Both the position numbers and the translations under genes were made by a program. DNA of 39,045 nucleotides from a virus (taxonomy: Duplodnaviria; Caudoviricetes), in IMG/VR virus record IMGVR_UViG_3300048631_000675, positions 1 to 39,045 of that record. The stretch is one strand, 5' to 3'. The notes under the pieces were generated by a model. The model made no database searches and had not been told where the DNA came from. It worked only from the letters and a program-made list of their open reading frames with translations. Numbering within the stretch: position 1 is the first letter of the stretch; each line of letters opens with the position of its first letter. This document shows positions 8,484-17,975 of this stretch, one piece after another.

Positions 8484-10645
8484 CGGAACGTCTGATCCTG
8501 CGCCGCGCCGCTTGCGCCGACACCGGCCCCGACAGCACCCGGAACGGACGGCGGCGGAACCGTGATGCCCCGCGCAGCCGCACGAGCCGCCAGGGTGCCG
8601 GAGAAGTTGGACCCGGTGCGAACCGCGCCCGCAGAGGCCGCAGCCCCAACGGGACCAGCAGCAGCGCCGCCCATCATTCCGGCCATGCCTTGCAGGATCA
8701 TCTGCATCCCGCGCTCCACCTGATAGCCCGAGCCGCTGGGGTTGGTCGCCATCTTGGGCGGCACCAGCACCTTGAGCATGTCGCGGAACTCGGCCATCAC
8801 TTGCCGTTCGCGCTCATCGAACAACTCGGCCCCGAGGGTCTTGCCCTTGCCTTCCAGAAGGTCGCTGATATTCGACGCGATCTGCTGCGGGCCGTAGGGG
8901 TCTTTGCCTTCGGTGTTCTTGGTGATGTGGTCCCATGCGGCCCGGCGAACCGCGCCCCATTCCTCGCTTTCAGGCCCGAGGATGCCTTTCACCCGCTTGG
9001 CGACCAGCGAGGTTTGCCCGCCGCCAATGTTGCGCGCGCCGCCGAACAGCCAGCCCGCCACCTGATCCGGGGCGAGGTCATCTTGCACGATCTTGCGGAT
9101 GAAGTTGTCAGCCCCATCCTTGCTCAAGAAGGTTTGGCGATACTTCGACCACAGCCGCCGCGCCTCTTTGGCTTGGCCTAGAACCGCCTCGTCACCCGAG
9201 ATCAGGGCATCGGTGATGGTGTCGTCAAGCCAGCCGTCGAACTGCTCAATCGTCTTGTCGATGGCGACTTGATCGGCCCCGTTGTCGCCCTTGTAGGCGG
9301 CTTGGCGCAACCCATTGAGGCGCTGCCGGGCGCGCTCGATGTTCTCGAACGGAACCGCCCCGCCCTTGCTGCCCCCGAACGCGTTTTCGAGGACGCCGAG
9401 CGCCGCCCTGGTGTTCGGGGTGGCTTGGTCGATAGCAAAGCCCTCAGCCCGCACCGCGCTTTCGATCTGTCCCCGCAGCGGAGTGAACGCCCGGCCATCC
9501 AGTGCCGCGCCCGAGGCTGACAGCGCGTCATAAGCCTGCGAACCCGCCTGACGGGCGACTTCGGCCTCGCGCCGAACGCCCGTGATGACGCTATCCGCCG
9601 CGTCGATCCGGCCCGTAGCATTGCCCAGCCGGTCGCCAATGTTCTCGCGGGCATCGTCCACGACGCCGCGCTGCACGTTGTCGAAGCCCTCAAGGGTGCG
9701 GCTTGCGCCTTCGCCCCGAACGCCCGCCCTCATGCTCATCTCGTTGGCGATCTGCGAGACTTCGCCCGTGGTCTGGCCCCGCGTCAGAGGAACCCCGAAG
9801 CGGTCAGCCTGCGCGGCACGTTGCACGGCAGCAGCCCGCAGCGGCTCGTCCACCGACATTTCGATACGCTCGGCAGCGCGCCCAAAGGAGCGTTGCATCT
9901 CCGCCGACAGCTTCTCGGGGTCAAACCCGAGGGCGGTGATATGCGTCCGTCCGCGCTCGGTCAGTTCGCCCGTCTCGGCGTTGACCATCTGCCGGTTGGT
10001 GAAGATCCGCGAGAGGGCCTTGCCGCCGATGCGCTCGGCCTCTTTGGCAACCTTCGCCATGCCGAAGCCCACGACGGGGGCAAACACAGCGCCCGCAAGG
10101 CCACCCACAGCCGAGGATCGCGCCCGGTTGGCAAGTCCGCCCTCACCCGCGCCGAAGCCCTCCACAGCGCCCGCCACAGCGCCGCCACGGACCATCTGGC
10201 CCGCACGTCCCGCCGTGGTTTGAGCAGCTTTGACGCCCAGTTTCGCGCCGACGCCTACGCCCGTGCCGACAGCGCCCGCAATCTGCGCGCCCCCGGCCTT
10301 GATCGGGCTTTCGTCCTGGTATTCGTCCATCTCCGAGCGGATCGCGCCGAGGGCCGTGCTGTAACGCTCCCCGATGGGCTTGGAATAATCGAACCAGTTC
10401 GCGCCGCCGTTGCCGTCAGGCTGGACGCCGAGAACAGCCGAAAGCCCGGCCATGTATTCGTCGCCAAAGCCCATCAGGACGCCGCCGGTCGCGTGTGCGG
10501 CCATGCCTGCGGTGTCGGTGATCTCGGTGCGCGCCTTCGGCACCTGCATCCCCTTGATGGCGTTGGCGATCTGCTTGGCCGCAGCCGTATCGCCTGCCGC
10601 ATGGGCATTCTTGAGGGCTTGGATGGCCCGTTCCAGTTCAGCCAT
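8480..10645 (-). CDS. Large DNA ejection (internal virion) protein
   Basis: 721 aa, A/G-rich and helical; third of three long ORFs after the tail genes, the P22 gp16 position. Confidence 0.7.
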   Translation of the reverse strand: MAELERAIQALKNAHAAGDTAAAKQIANAIKGMQVPKARTEITDTAGMAAHATGGVLMGFGDEYMAGLSAVLGVQPDGNGGANWFDYSKPIGERYSTALGAIRSEMDEYQDESPIKAGGAQIAGAVGTGVGVGAKLGVKAAQTTAGRAGQMVRGGAVAGAVEGFGAGEGGLANRARSSAVGGLAGAVFAPVVGFGMAKVAKEAERIGGKALSRIFTNRQMVNAETGELTERGRTHITALGFDPEKLSAEMQRSFGRAAERIEMSVDEPLRAAAVQRAAQADRFGVPLTRGQTTGEVSQIANEMSMRAGVRGEGASRTLEGFDNVQRGVVDDARENIGDRLGNATGRIDAADSVITGVRREAEVARQAGSQAYDALSASGAALDGRAFTPLRGQIESAVRAEGFAIDQATPNTRAALGVLENAFGGSKGGAVPFENIERARQRLNGLRQAAYKGDNGADQVAIDKTIEQFDGWLDDTITDALISGDEAVLGQAKEARRLWSKYRQTFLSKDGADNFIRKIVQDDLAPDQVAGWLFGGARNIGGGQTSLVAKRVKGILGPESEEWGAVRRAAWDHITKNTEGKDPYGPQQIASNISDLLEGKGKTLGAELFDERERQVMAEFRDMLKVLVPPKMATNPSGSGYQVERGMQMILQGMAGMMGGAAAGPVGAAASAGAVRTGSNFSGTLAARAAARGITVPPPSVPGAVGAGVGASGAAQDQTFR

Positions 10646-11994
10646 CAGTCCGCATACCTATCAATGAGAGCCTGCGTCTCCGGGTCGAACCCCGTGCCGC
10701 CAATGGTCGTCTCGCCTTCGCGGCGGTAGACCTCCAGCGGGTTTTGCAGTTTGGCCAGAGCATCACGCGCGGCAGCGGGAGTGATGTCGCGGTTCGCGAG
10801 AGCGCCAGCGATTTGCGCCTGATTTGCCTGATACTCGGCAATGCCGCGCAGGGTGCGCAGGATCATCATGTTGCCATCGCGCGTGTTGATGAGGCGCGGC
10901 AGCGACTGCTCGAACATCTTCACGTCGCCATCGGACATCGGGCCGGAGCCAGCCGGGCGCTGCTGCGGGATAAGCGCCTTGATGATGGCGCGGGCAGCTT
11001 GCAGGTTGTCCAGACCTTCGGTGTTGATGCCGAAGTCACCGGCAGCGGTCTTGAGCGCGGCTTCGATGCCCTCGGGCGTGTTGGCGTCCGAAAGCAGGCC
11101 CTCCAACTGGTCGATCTGCGCCATCTTGGCCGGGACTTCCATCCCGCCCTCGATAAGCGTCGAAAACATCTCGCCCTGATTCTTGTCGAGTGTGTCGTAA
11201 AGTTCCGAGCCGCCGCCGTTATTGTTGACGGTGACGTTCGTGCCGCCGCCGCTGAACTCGACGCCCTCGGGAACGAGGCCCGCTTGCTGGTCGGCGTAGA
11301 ACTTGCCCTCGGGCGACTGCGGCGACGGCCCGGCGGTGAGGCTCTGCCCCGCGCCGATGCCCGCGAGCAGCCCTTCCTTGGCCCCGATTAGCCCCGCAGC
11401 GATGCCCGGAAACGCCTCGTAGGTCACGGCAGCCGGGTCCATCTCGGCGGCGGCAATCATTTCCGCGTTCTGCTGCTTCCACGCATCGAAAGCCTGCGGG
11501 CCCTGGGCGTAGGCGGCGGATGCGGAGGACAGCGCGGCGTTGATTTCCTCGGCCTCGCGCTGCCGGGTGATCTCGTCCATCTGCGCGGCGTGGGTTTCGG
11601 CTGCGCGTTGACCGGCCCGGCGGGCTTCCTCAAGCTGCTGCTTGTTCAGCTTCATTCCCATATCATGGGATTCCTCAGCCATGCCGAAGCGGTCACGCTC
11701 CATGCCGAGGCGCTGTTCCTCGAAGCCAAGGCGGCGCTCGTCCATTTCCATTCCACGGGCGGCGCGCTGATCGGCAGCCTGCGCACGGCGGATCTCCATC
11801 GCGGCCATCGGGTCAAGCTGGGCCAGCGCGTTGAGAGCCTGCGCGTCCCCCTGCGCGATGCCCTGCCCTTGCGTCTGGTAGAGGTTCGCCAGGGCGTTGC
11901 GTTGCTGCATCTGTTGCATCTGCTGCCCGGTCGCCAGAGCGTTGCCGAAGCCCTGCTGATAGTACGAGAGCGGGTCTGCCAGAACCATTGCCAT
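10645..11994 (-). CDS. DNA ejection (internal virion) protein
   Basis: Q/A-rich coiled coil; GSGPMSDGD motif; P22 gp20 position; stop and start coupled to neighbours. Confidence 0.7.
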   Translation of the reverse strand: MAMVLADPLSYYQQGFGNALATGQQMQQMQQRNALANLYQTQGQGIAQGDAQALNALAQLDPMAAMEIRRAQAADQRAARGMEMDERRLGFEEQRLGMERDRFGMAEESHDMGMKLNKQQLEEARRAGQRAAETHAAQMDEITRQREAEEINAALSSASAAYAQGPQAFDAWKQQNAEMIAAAEMDPAAVTYEAFPGIAAGLIGAKEGLLAGIGAGQSLTAGPSPQSPEGKFYADQQAGLVPEGVEFSGGGTNVTVNNNGGGSELYDTLDKNQGEMFSTLIEGGMEVPAKMAQIDQLEGLLSDANTPEGIEAALKTAAGDFGINTEGLDNLQAARAIIKALIPQQRPAGSGPMSDGDVKMFEQSLPRLINTRDGNMMILRTLRGIAEYQANQAQIAGALANRDITPAAARDALAKLQNPLEVYRREGETTIGGTGFDPETQALIDRYAD

Positions 11995-13004
11995 TAGCTC
12001 CACCCCCATGCCGCTACGCCAGTGGGCGAGGGCGTGATGCCGAAGCCCGGATTTGCGCCGAATTGCCCGGCCTGCGCTGCGCCATAGACGCCCGCGAGGT
12101 TGTTGATCGTGCCGGAGAACGCGTTGGCAGTTCCCTGATAGGCGTTCGCCTTTGCTTGGCCGATATTGCTGTAAAGGCCAGCAACGTTGTTTGCCATACT
12201 CTGCCCTGCGCCGATTAGGGCTTGGTTGGCGCTTTGGCCGAGTCCCGCCGTGCGTGCGAGGCTGTTGCCGATGTCCATGCGCCGACCATAGCTGTTGCTG
12301 ACGTTGGTCATTCCAGCGTCATAGGCCGCAGCCGCGTTCCCGGTGCGCCCTTGAAGGATATCCTGCTGGCGGCCCATTCCAGCGCTATAAAGCGCCCCAG
12401 CCGCGCCGTAGTCCATACTGTAGCTTTGGGTCGCATCGCGATTCCGGCGCGCGTCGAAGTTTGCATACTCCTGCGATGCGAGGCCCGAGTTGAAGTTGCC
12501 GAGGGCCTGCATAGTCGCGCCCGAGAGGACGTTGCCGCGCGCCGCAGCCCCCCGGTTTATGGCCTTCTCGCCCTGCCGGAGCCGGAACTGGTAGCCCGGA
12601 TCGGCGCGAAACTGGCGGGCCATGATCTCGTCATAACCTTCGCGCGCGCCTTCCAGTCCCCGCTTGTAGTCGCCGCCAAGGTTGGCGCTCGCGGCGGTGT
12701 ATTTGTCCAGGGCAGAATTGAGGCTATTGGTGAGGCCATTCGCGAGTTTGCCCTCCCTGCGCGCATACCCCGAATTATAGCCATGCGTGTTGCGGTTGAA
12801 CTCCTCCAGCCCCATCAGGGCGCGTTCGCCAGCATCCCGCCACGGCTGGGTCATCTGCTCCGTGCGGTCGAATTGCCGCCGCTGCTCGGCAATGCCAGCC
12901 TCTGAGGCTTTCGTTGAAGCCTTTGCGGCCTTGTTTGCCGAATAGGCTTGCACCGCCCCGCCGACGATGGATGCGCCTGCGATGGCTCCTACAGGTCCAG
13001 GCAT
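11994..13004 (-). CDS. DNA ejection / pilot protein (P22 gp7-like)
   Basis: Hydrophobic G/A N-terminus, QRRQFD..TQPW, DPGYQFRLRQGEKAINRGAAARGNVLSGATMQAL motif. Confidence 0.8.
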   Translation of the reverse strand: MPGPVGAIAGASIVGGAVQAYSANKAAKASTKASEAGIAEQRRQFDRTEQMTQPWRDAGERALMGLEEFNRNTHGYNSGYARREGKLANGLTNSLNSALDKYTAASANLGGDYKRGLEGAREGYDEIMARQFRADPGYQFRLRQGEKAINRGAAARGNVLSGATMQALGNFNSGLASQEYANFDARRNRDATQSYSMDYGAAGALYSAGMGRQQDILQGRTGNAAAAYDAGMTNVSNSYGRRMDIGNSLARTAGLGQSANQALIGAGQSMANNVAGLYSNIGQAKANAYQGTANAFSGTINNLAGVYGAAQAGQFGANPGFGITPSPTGVAAWGWS

Positions 13005-13435
13005 GTGCCAAACTCCTTGAGTAAGTCGTCAACCGTCTCGCCGTAGGAGCGGTAAATTTCGGGGCCGACCGCGCGCGCGTGGGCATCGCCGCCGCAAATC
13101 CATGCGATGATGTGCAACAGGCCGTAGTAATCGGCGCGCAGCATGTAGGACTTTTCGACGTCCTGCTTGCTGCCGTGATCCAGCACGTTGGCAGCGGTCC
13201 ATTTCAGGTAGAGAGACAAGAACGCCGGGCGCAGCATGTGCGAGTGAGCCGCGAAGAACGGGTGGTATTCCTTGCCGAAGGCCAGCCAGGACATCAGCCC
13301 GTTGCGGTCCTCGCATCGGCCTTCATCCTCGATGTCGTCCCACTCTTGCAGCGCGGTCCAAAGCTGCTCGGCAAAGTTGGCCGCGTCCTCATCGCCGCAG
13401 AACCAGCGGCGAAAGCGGGCGTTCATCGTCTCCAT
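12989..13435 (-). CDS. Phage hypothetical helical protein with a DDxxD motif
   Basis: Likely start at 13435 (METMNARFRRWF), just after the 13438 stop; contains WDDIEDE. Confidence 0.7.
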   Translation of the reverse strand: METMNARFRRWFCGDEDAANFAEQLWTALQEWDDIEDEGRCEDRNGLMSWLAFGKEYHPFFAAHSHMLRPAFLSLYLKWTAANVLDHGSKQDVEKSYMLRADYYGLLHIIAWICGGDAHARAVGPEIYRSYGETVDDLLKEFGTCLDL

Positions 13436-13437
13436 GA

Positions 13438-13761
13438 TTAGCTTACGTCGCCGCTGATCGTGACCGAGACAGTGTCCGCCGTGCCTGCCGCAACGTGCAG
13501 CTCCTGGCCGACTTCCAGCGTTTGCCCGACGAGGAACGGCAGGCCGATGGTCGCGCCCGCGCCCACGCTGACCGCGTTGTAAATCTTGTTGGCGTTGGTC
13601 GCCGTGCCGCCAGCGGGAACGATCCACGCCGAGAACGAGACAGCGCCCGCCGTGCCGTTGAAGGCAACCGCCGCCGTGATGGTCGTAACACCGCTTGCGC
13701 TGGTGTAAGCCTTGGCCGAAGTCGCGGCGGGCTGGCCTTGGTAAATCTGCTTGCGCGGCAT
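13438..13761 (-). CDS. Small beta-rich virion (tail) protein
   Basis: 107 aa, A/T/G/V-rich, coupled to neighbours in the tail module. Confidence 0.7.
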   Translation of the reverse strand: MPRKQIYQGQPAATSAKAYTSASGVTTITAAVAFNGTAGAVSFSAWIVPAGGTATNANKIYNAVSVGAGATIGLPFLVGQTLEVGQELHVAAGTADTVSVTISGDVS

Positions 13762-14081
13762 CAGTATTCTCCGAATGGCAGGGGGATTGCGTCAGCACCG
13801 GGATAGGAGGCCGGGGCGACGGAAAGGGGGCTTTCCCCCGAGTAGGATGCGAACACAGGCTCGGCGCGCGTGGTGGCGTAGGCTGCCGCCGGGATGGCGA
13901 CGGAACCCATGGCTTGCGGATAGGTCGCCGCAGGCACCGGAACGCCGCCGGCCATCACGGTCGTTCGGATCTCCGCAAGCGCCGCGAACTCATTGAGCAG
14001 CCAACGCGAGAACGGCAGGGAAGCCCGGCCATCGGCTGCGGCAATCGGGGTTCGCGCGGGAAAGGGTGATCTCTCAGCCAA
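13761..14081 (-). CDS. Hypothetical tail-module protein
   Basis: Fills the gap between the tail hub and the next gene; PARTPIAAADGRASLPFSRWL N-terminus. Confidence 0.6.
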   Translation of the reverse strand: MAERSPFPARTPIAAADGRASLPFSRWLLNEFAALAEIRTTVMAGGVPVPAATYPQAMGSVAIPAAAYATTRAEPVFASYSGESPLSVAPASYPGADAIPLPFGEY

Positions 14082-15426
14082 TTTGCGCCCCCAGGATGTC
14101 GCGCGGCACGGCGTCGGTGATCGTCACCCTGAACTGGAAGCGCGCGAACGCGCCCAGCCCGTGCCACTGGACACGCTTGTAGTAATCGCCAAAATCGCCA
14201 AGTTTGCGGATTTTCGGCGCGCTCCATGTGCGCCCGTCCTTGGTCGTCTCAAGCATCACGCTCGGCTCATAGCCAAGCCCGCCGACACCGCCCCGGATGT
14301 TGAGATAGATGCGCGGGATGGTGAAGAACCGCCCGCCGTTATCGATGGGCTGCGCCGTGGCCTGTGCCGCGATGACATCGCCATCATCGGTGAACACGTC
14401 GCGGGACTGCGTGACGATCTTGCCCGTGCTGGTGCCGAAGTAGCGGGCATTGCCGACCATCACCGAGCAGGTGACGAAGAACGGCGCGTGATCGGCCCCG
14501 GTGGTGTATTCCGTCCATTCCCGCGTTGTCAGGTCGAACGCGAGCGACGGGCGATCCGCGAACCGCCAGACGGCGAGATCATGGCCGCGATCCGACACCG
14601 CGAAGGACGACAGCACGTCATTCGAGGCGAAAATCTCTTGAATGTGCGGCGGGCTGACCTTCTGGGGGACGTAATCCGGGGCCGCCATGACAGCGCCATC
14701 CGGGCGCACCCAGAACAGGGTATTTTCGACAATGACAACGCTTGCGCGGCTCTTGCAGCCGTCCTCGCCCGCGAAGGTGCCAGTCGGCTCCCACGGGAAC
14801 GCGACGTTGCCGGTATTCTGGAACACCTCGTATGATGCCCCATTCAGGAGCCAGACATATTGCCCCTGCTTCTGGATGGCGACGATGGCGTCAGGCTCGT
14901 CCTCGGAGAACGCCACGTCGAGCGCGTCGAAGCTGGTGCCGTCGTTGAGGGCCGAGATGGTGATGGCGTCGGCCCGGCTGCCGGTATCGCCCGACAGGAT
15001 GAAATATTGGTCAGCGAACGCGATGTCAGACACACCGCCCGCGAGCGCGCCCACGGCAGGGGTCGTGATCGTCCCGCCAGAGAGGCAGTGATAAACGCCA
15101 TCAGCCACAATGCCGATCTGCGAGCCATTGCTCTCCATGCGCGCGGGCGCATCGGGCAGGCTGCCGACGGTCGAGACGGTGCCCCCCGTGGTGATCTTGT
15201 GGAGCGAGCCGAAGCAGGAGGCGTAGAGATCGCCGCCCATGGCCGTGATGCCTTGGACGGGCTGACCGGCCTTGAGCGTGGCGAAGGCGCTGTATCCCTC
15301 GCGCCCGAGGCATTGCGCGGCCCCTACCCCGCTGCCCGGCTCGATCAGGTAATTCAGCAGCCGTTCGCCCGAGAACTCGATGCGGCCCGGTGCGAATGCG
15401 GTCTTGGTGGCGACGGGAGACAGCAT
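14074..15426 (-). CDS. Tail hub / packaged DNA stabilisation protein (P22 gp10-like)
   Basis: 450 aa beta-propeller-like protein, FSEDEPDAIVA, DGRTWS...LGDFGDYYKRVQWHGLG; position after the adaptor. Confidence 0.8.
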   Translation of the reverse strand: MLSPVATKTAFAPGRIEFSGERLLNYLIEPGSGVGAAQCLGREGYSAFATLKAGQPVQGITAMGGDLYASCFGSLHKITTGGTVSTVGSLPDAPARMESNGSQIGIVADGVYHCLSGGTITTPAVGALAGGVSDIAFADQYFILSGDTGSRADAITISALNDGTSFDALDVAFSEDEPDAIVAIQKQGQYVWLLNGASYEVFQNTGNVAFPWEPTGTFAGEDGCKSRASVVIVENTLFWVRPDGAVMAAPDYVPQKVSPPHIQEIFASNDVLSSFAVSDRGHDLAVWRFADRPSLAFDLTTREWTEYTTGADHAPFFVTCSVMVGNARYFGTSTGKIVTQSRDVFTDDGDVIAAQATAQPIDNGGRFFTIPRIYLNIRGGVGGLGYEPSVMLETTKDGRTWSAPKIRKLGDFGDYYKRVQWHGLGAFARFQFRVTITDAVPRDILGAQIG

Positions 15427-15818
15427 CAGTTGCCTCGCGGGTCAGCCGTGGGCCAATACTGCGACGGCATCTTTTTGAGCGGTGCGGGCAGCGTGACCTT
15501 GTTGATCTGCATGTAAGCCGCCTGGATGCGGCGGAAGAAGTCGTCCGCGTCGAAGCCCACGGGAACCGCGAAGTCCTCCGCGATGCGCTGCGCGAGCATG
15601 TAAACGGTGCCTTCCTCGTATTCCGGGGCGAGCGGGAACGTGGTGTCGAGCGTCAACGTGGTGTGCAGGGTATCGACCCCCGCCAGCTTCCACGCGGCCA
15701 ACATCATGTTGAGGTCATCCAGCCCGGCAGAGGCATCCTCGGCGGCGGCAGTCTCGCCATGGCCCACAATCTTCGCCTTACGCAGCGCGCGGGATACGAT
15801 GTCGCGGGCAGTTGCCAT
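15426..15818 (-). CDS. Head-tail adaptor (P22 gp4-like)
   Basis: TARDIVSRALRKAKIV...GLDDLNMMLAAW motif; directly after the coat gene. Confidence 0.8.
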   Translation of the reverse strand: MATARDIVSRALRKAKIVGHGETAAAEDASAGLDDLNMMLAAWKLAGVDTLHTTLTLDTTFPLAPEYEEGTVYMLAQRIAEDFAVPVGFDADDFFRRIQAAYMQINKVTLPAPLKKMPSQYWPTADPRGN

Positions 15819-15842
15819 CTCGTCTATCCTCCAACGTCAGGA

Positions 15843-15866
15843 GGGCCACCCCCGAAGGGATGGCCC
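15843..15866 (-). terminator. UUCG-capped hairpin after the coat gene (mRNA stabiliser or weak terminator)
   Basis: Minus strand GGGCCATCCC-TTCG-GGGGTGGCCC; no U-tract. Confidence 0.5.
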
Positions 15867-15873
15867 GAGATCA

Positions 15874-17115
15874 TCAGCCCCAGAGACGGGCAGCGAGATC
15901 GGGGTAAATGGCCTTCCAGCCGTAGAGGATATCCATGCGGATGATGTCCTCGTCGTTGGTGATGTCGTAGTCCTTCACGATGCGGATCGAGAGGCCGTTG
16001 TGGCTCTCGCGCGCCTTGAAGGCAGCACCATCGGGCATTTCGAGCGGGCAAGTGACCAGCGCGAAAGCGTTCTTCTGGAATCCGAGGTTCTGCGCGTAGG
16101 CAGTGCCGCCGCTACCCATGACGGTGATCGCCGCGTTATCCGCAGGGGCCGCCGAGACGGTCTGATACGGGCCGCTGGTGATGATCGCCGGAGAGATCGT
16201 CAGGGTCGCCGGACCAGTGGTCGCGCCGGAGTTGGCGTCGGCCAGCACCGTGAACTGCTGGAGATACGGCATCTTGGTCTTGCCGGTCGCGCCCTCACCC
16301 GGAACCGGGTTCATGGCGTAGACACCAGCGATGGTGAACACGTCACCGGCCTTGAGAATGCCAGTGGTCGAGGCGGTCCAGCCATCGGTATTCAGCGTCT
16401 GCGACGGAGTGCCGGTCGAGGCGGCATAGGTCACTTCCTGACCCGCGCCGTTGACCAGCGGAGTACCGGTCGCAACGCCCACGGTGTGGTTCGCGACGTT
16501 CTGGGTCGAGAAGGTCGAGAACTTGGCAATGCGACCGACCATGGCATCCTCATAGGCCGACTTGCCCATTTGGCCGACGGCATCGAGGGTGAGCTGGTTG
16601 CCAGCCACGGCGTAGTGCGCGGCGGGGTTCAGCATCATGGAGCGGGCATCGGTCGGAACCGCCATCTCGTCCAGACGCTGGGCAGCGGCAGCCACGGCAG
16701 CGAAGTTGGACGGGGTGGTGCCGGGGGTGCCGACGCTGTTCCAGACGTTGCGGTAGAGGTTGTAGCCCGAACGATCCAGCGTGTTCGCCAGGGTGATGGC
16801 GGCAGGCTTGATGTAGCGTTCGGAGTATTCCTCAACCGAAAGGGTGAGGTCTTGGGTCGAGAACTTCCAGCTAACGTGCTTGCGCTGGTCGATCTTGATC
16901 GAGGTGCTTTTCTCCTCGACGTCCTGGTTGACGCGGGTCGCGCCGTCGGCGGTGTAGAACTTCACCGGCTTGCGGATCGAAACAGTGTCACCGACGCCGC
17001 CGGTAAACTCTTTCTTGTATTCGCGATGCACTTGGTTGGAGAGAACAAGGTTGTTCTCAAGCTGCATCAGCGCCTCTTTGGCGATGACGCTGGGGGTGAT
17101 GATGGTGTTCGCCAC
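15874..17115 (-). CDS. Major capsid protein (P22 gp5 coat family)
   Basis: ANTIITPSVIAKEALMQLENNLV...GDTVSIRKP...RMDILYGWKAIYPDLAARL; GTG start with AGGA RBS. Confidence 0.92.
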   Translation of the reverse strand: MANTIITPSVIAKEALMQLENNLVLSNQVHREYKKEFTGGVGDTVSIRKPVKFYTADGATRVNQDVEEKSTSIKIDQRKHVSWKFSTQDLTLSVEEYSERYIKPAAITLANTLDRSGYNLYRNVWNSVGTPGTTPSNFAAVAAAAQRLDEMAVPTDARSMMLNPAAHYAVAGNQLTLDAVGQMGKSAYEDAMVGRIAKFSTFSTQNVANHTVGVATGTPLVNGAGQEVTYAASTGTPSQTLNTDGWTASTTGILKAGDVFTIAGVYAMNPVPGEGATGKTKMPYLQQFTVLADANSGATTGPATLTISPAIITSGPYQTVSAAPADNAAITVMGSGGTAYAQNLGFQKNAFALVTCPLEMPDGAAFKARESHNGLSIRIVKDYDITNDEDIIRMDILYGWKAIYPDLAARLWG

Positions 17116-17127
17116 TGGGTGCGTTCC

Positions 17128-17967
17128 TTAGATTTTGCCCGCTTTGCGCGCTGCTGCGTATTCCGCCATCGACATCTTCGACGGGTCTTTGAGCGCGCCC
17201 GCCTTGCCCTTGAGGGGCGTGATCGGGTCGGGGGCCTTGGTCTGGGTGTTCGGCTTGGGCAGCGATAGACGGGCCTCGATGGCCCCCAGCGCCCGCGCCT
17301 GTTCAAGCGGGGTCAACGTCGCGATCCGCGCAGCCTCTTGCGGGTGCGTCCCGAGGAAATAGAGAACGTCCGCGCCGGTATCCGATGAGGTGATGAGTTC
17401 ACCCATCTCCTGCGTCACCGGCAGTTGCGGATTGAGCGCCACACTGTCGAAGTCGGCATACCGGTTCCGGGCGTCAGATGCGGCGGCGTCCCAGTTCTGG
17501 GCCATCTCGCGCTTCTGCTGTTCCTGGATTTCCTGCAATTGCCGTTCGTGGGCGCTGATCTTCTCGTCAACGTCGCGGGTCTGGCGATCATCCCAGGCTT
17601 TCGCGGCGTGATACGCCCCGGCGGCCATCAAGAAGTCGTTGTAATCCGCGAAGTCGCTTTCCTTGGGGGGCTGGCTGGCTTGCGCCGCTTCTGCGATCTT
17701 CTCTCTGCGCTGTCGTTCGGTTTCGAGCGCGGTTCGCGCTTCCGCCTCACTCTGGCGCAACCGCTCCATTTCGGCTTTGCGCCGTTCCCGGCGGGCCTTG
17801 GAGGGGCTGGTATCCTCGGATTTCTCGCCGTCTTGGGCGTCATCCTCGGCGGGCTGGTGTTCATCCTGCCCATCTGTGTTTTCCGTCGCTTCCGACGCGG
17901 AGAGGTCATTCTCGCGCACGACTTCATCACCCGCCTCGGGGGCGGGGGTCTGGAGATCGTCTGTCAT
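17128..17967 (-). CDS. Scaffolding protein
   Basis: Acidic N-terminus, coiled coil, APDPITPL..DPSKMSMAEYAAARK C-terminus; between portal and coat. Confidence 0.85.
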   Translation of the reverse strand: MTDDLQTPAPEAGDEVVRENDLSASEATENTDGQDEHQPAEDDAQDGEKSEDTSPSKARRERRKAEMERLRQSEAEARTALETERQRREKIAEAAQASQPPKESDFADYNDFLMAAGAYHAAKAWDDRQTRDVDEKISAHERQLQEIQEQQKREMAQNWDAAASDARNRYADFDSVALNPQLPVTQEMGELITSSDTGADVLYFLGTHPQEAARIATLTPLEQARALGAIEARLSLPKPNTQTKAPDPITPLKGKAGALKDPSKMSMAEYAAARKAGKI

Positions 17968-17975
17968 GGGTGGTC

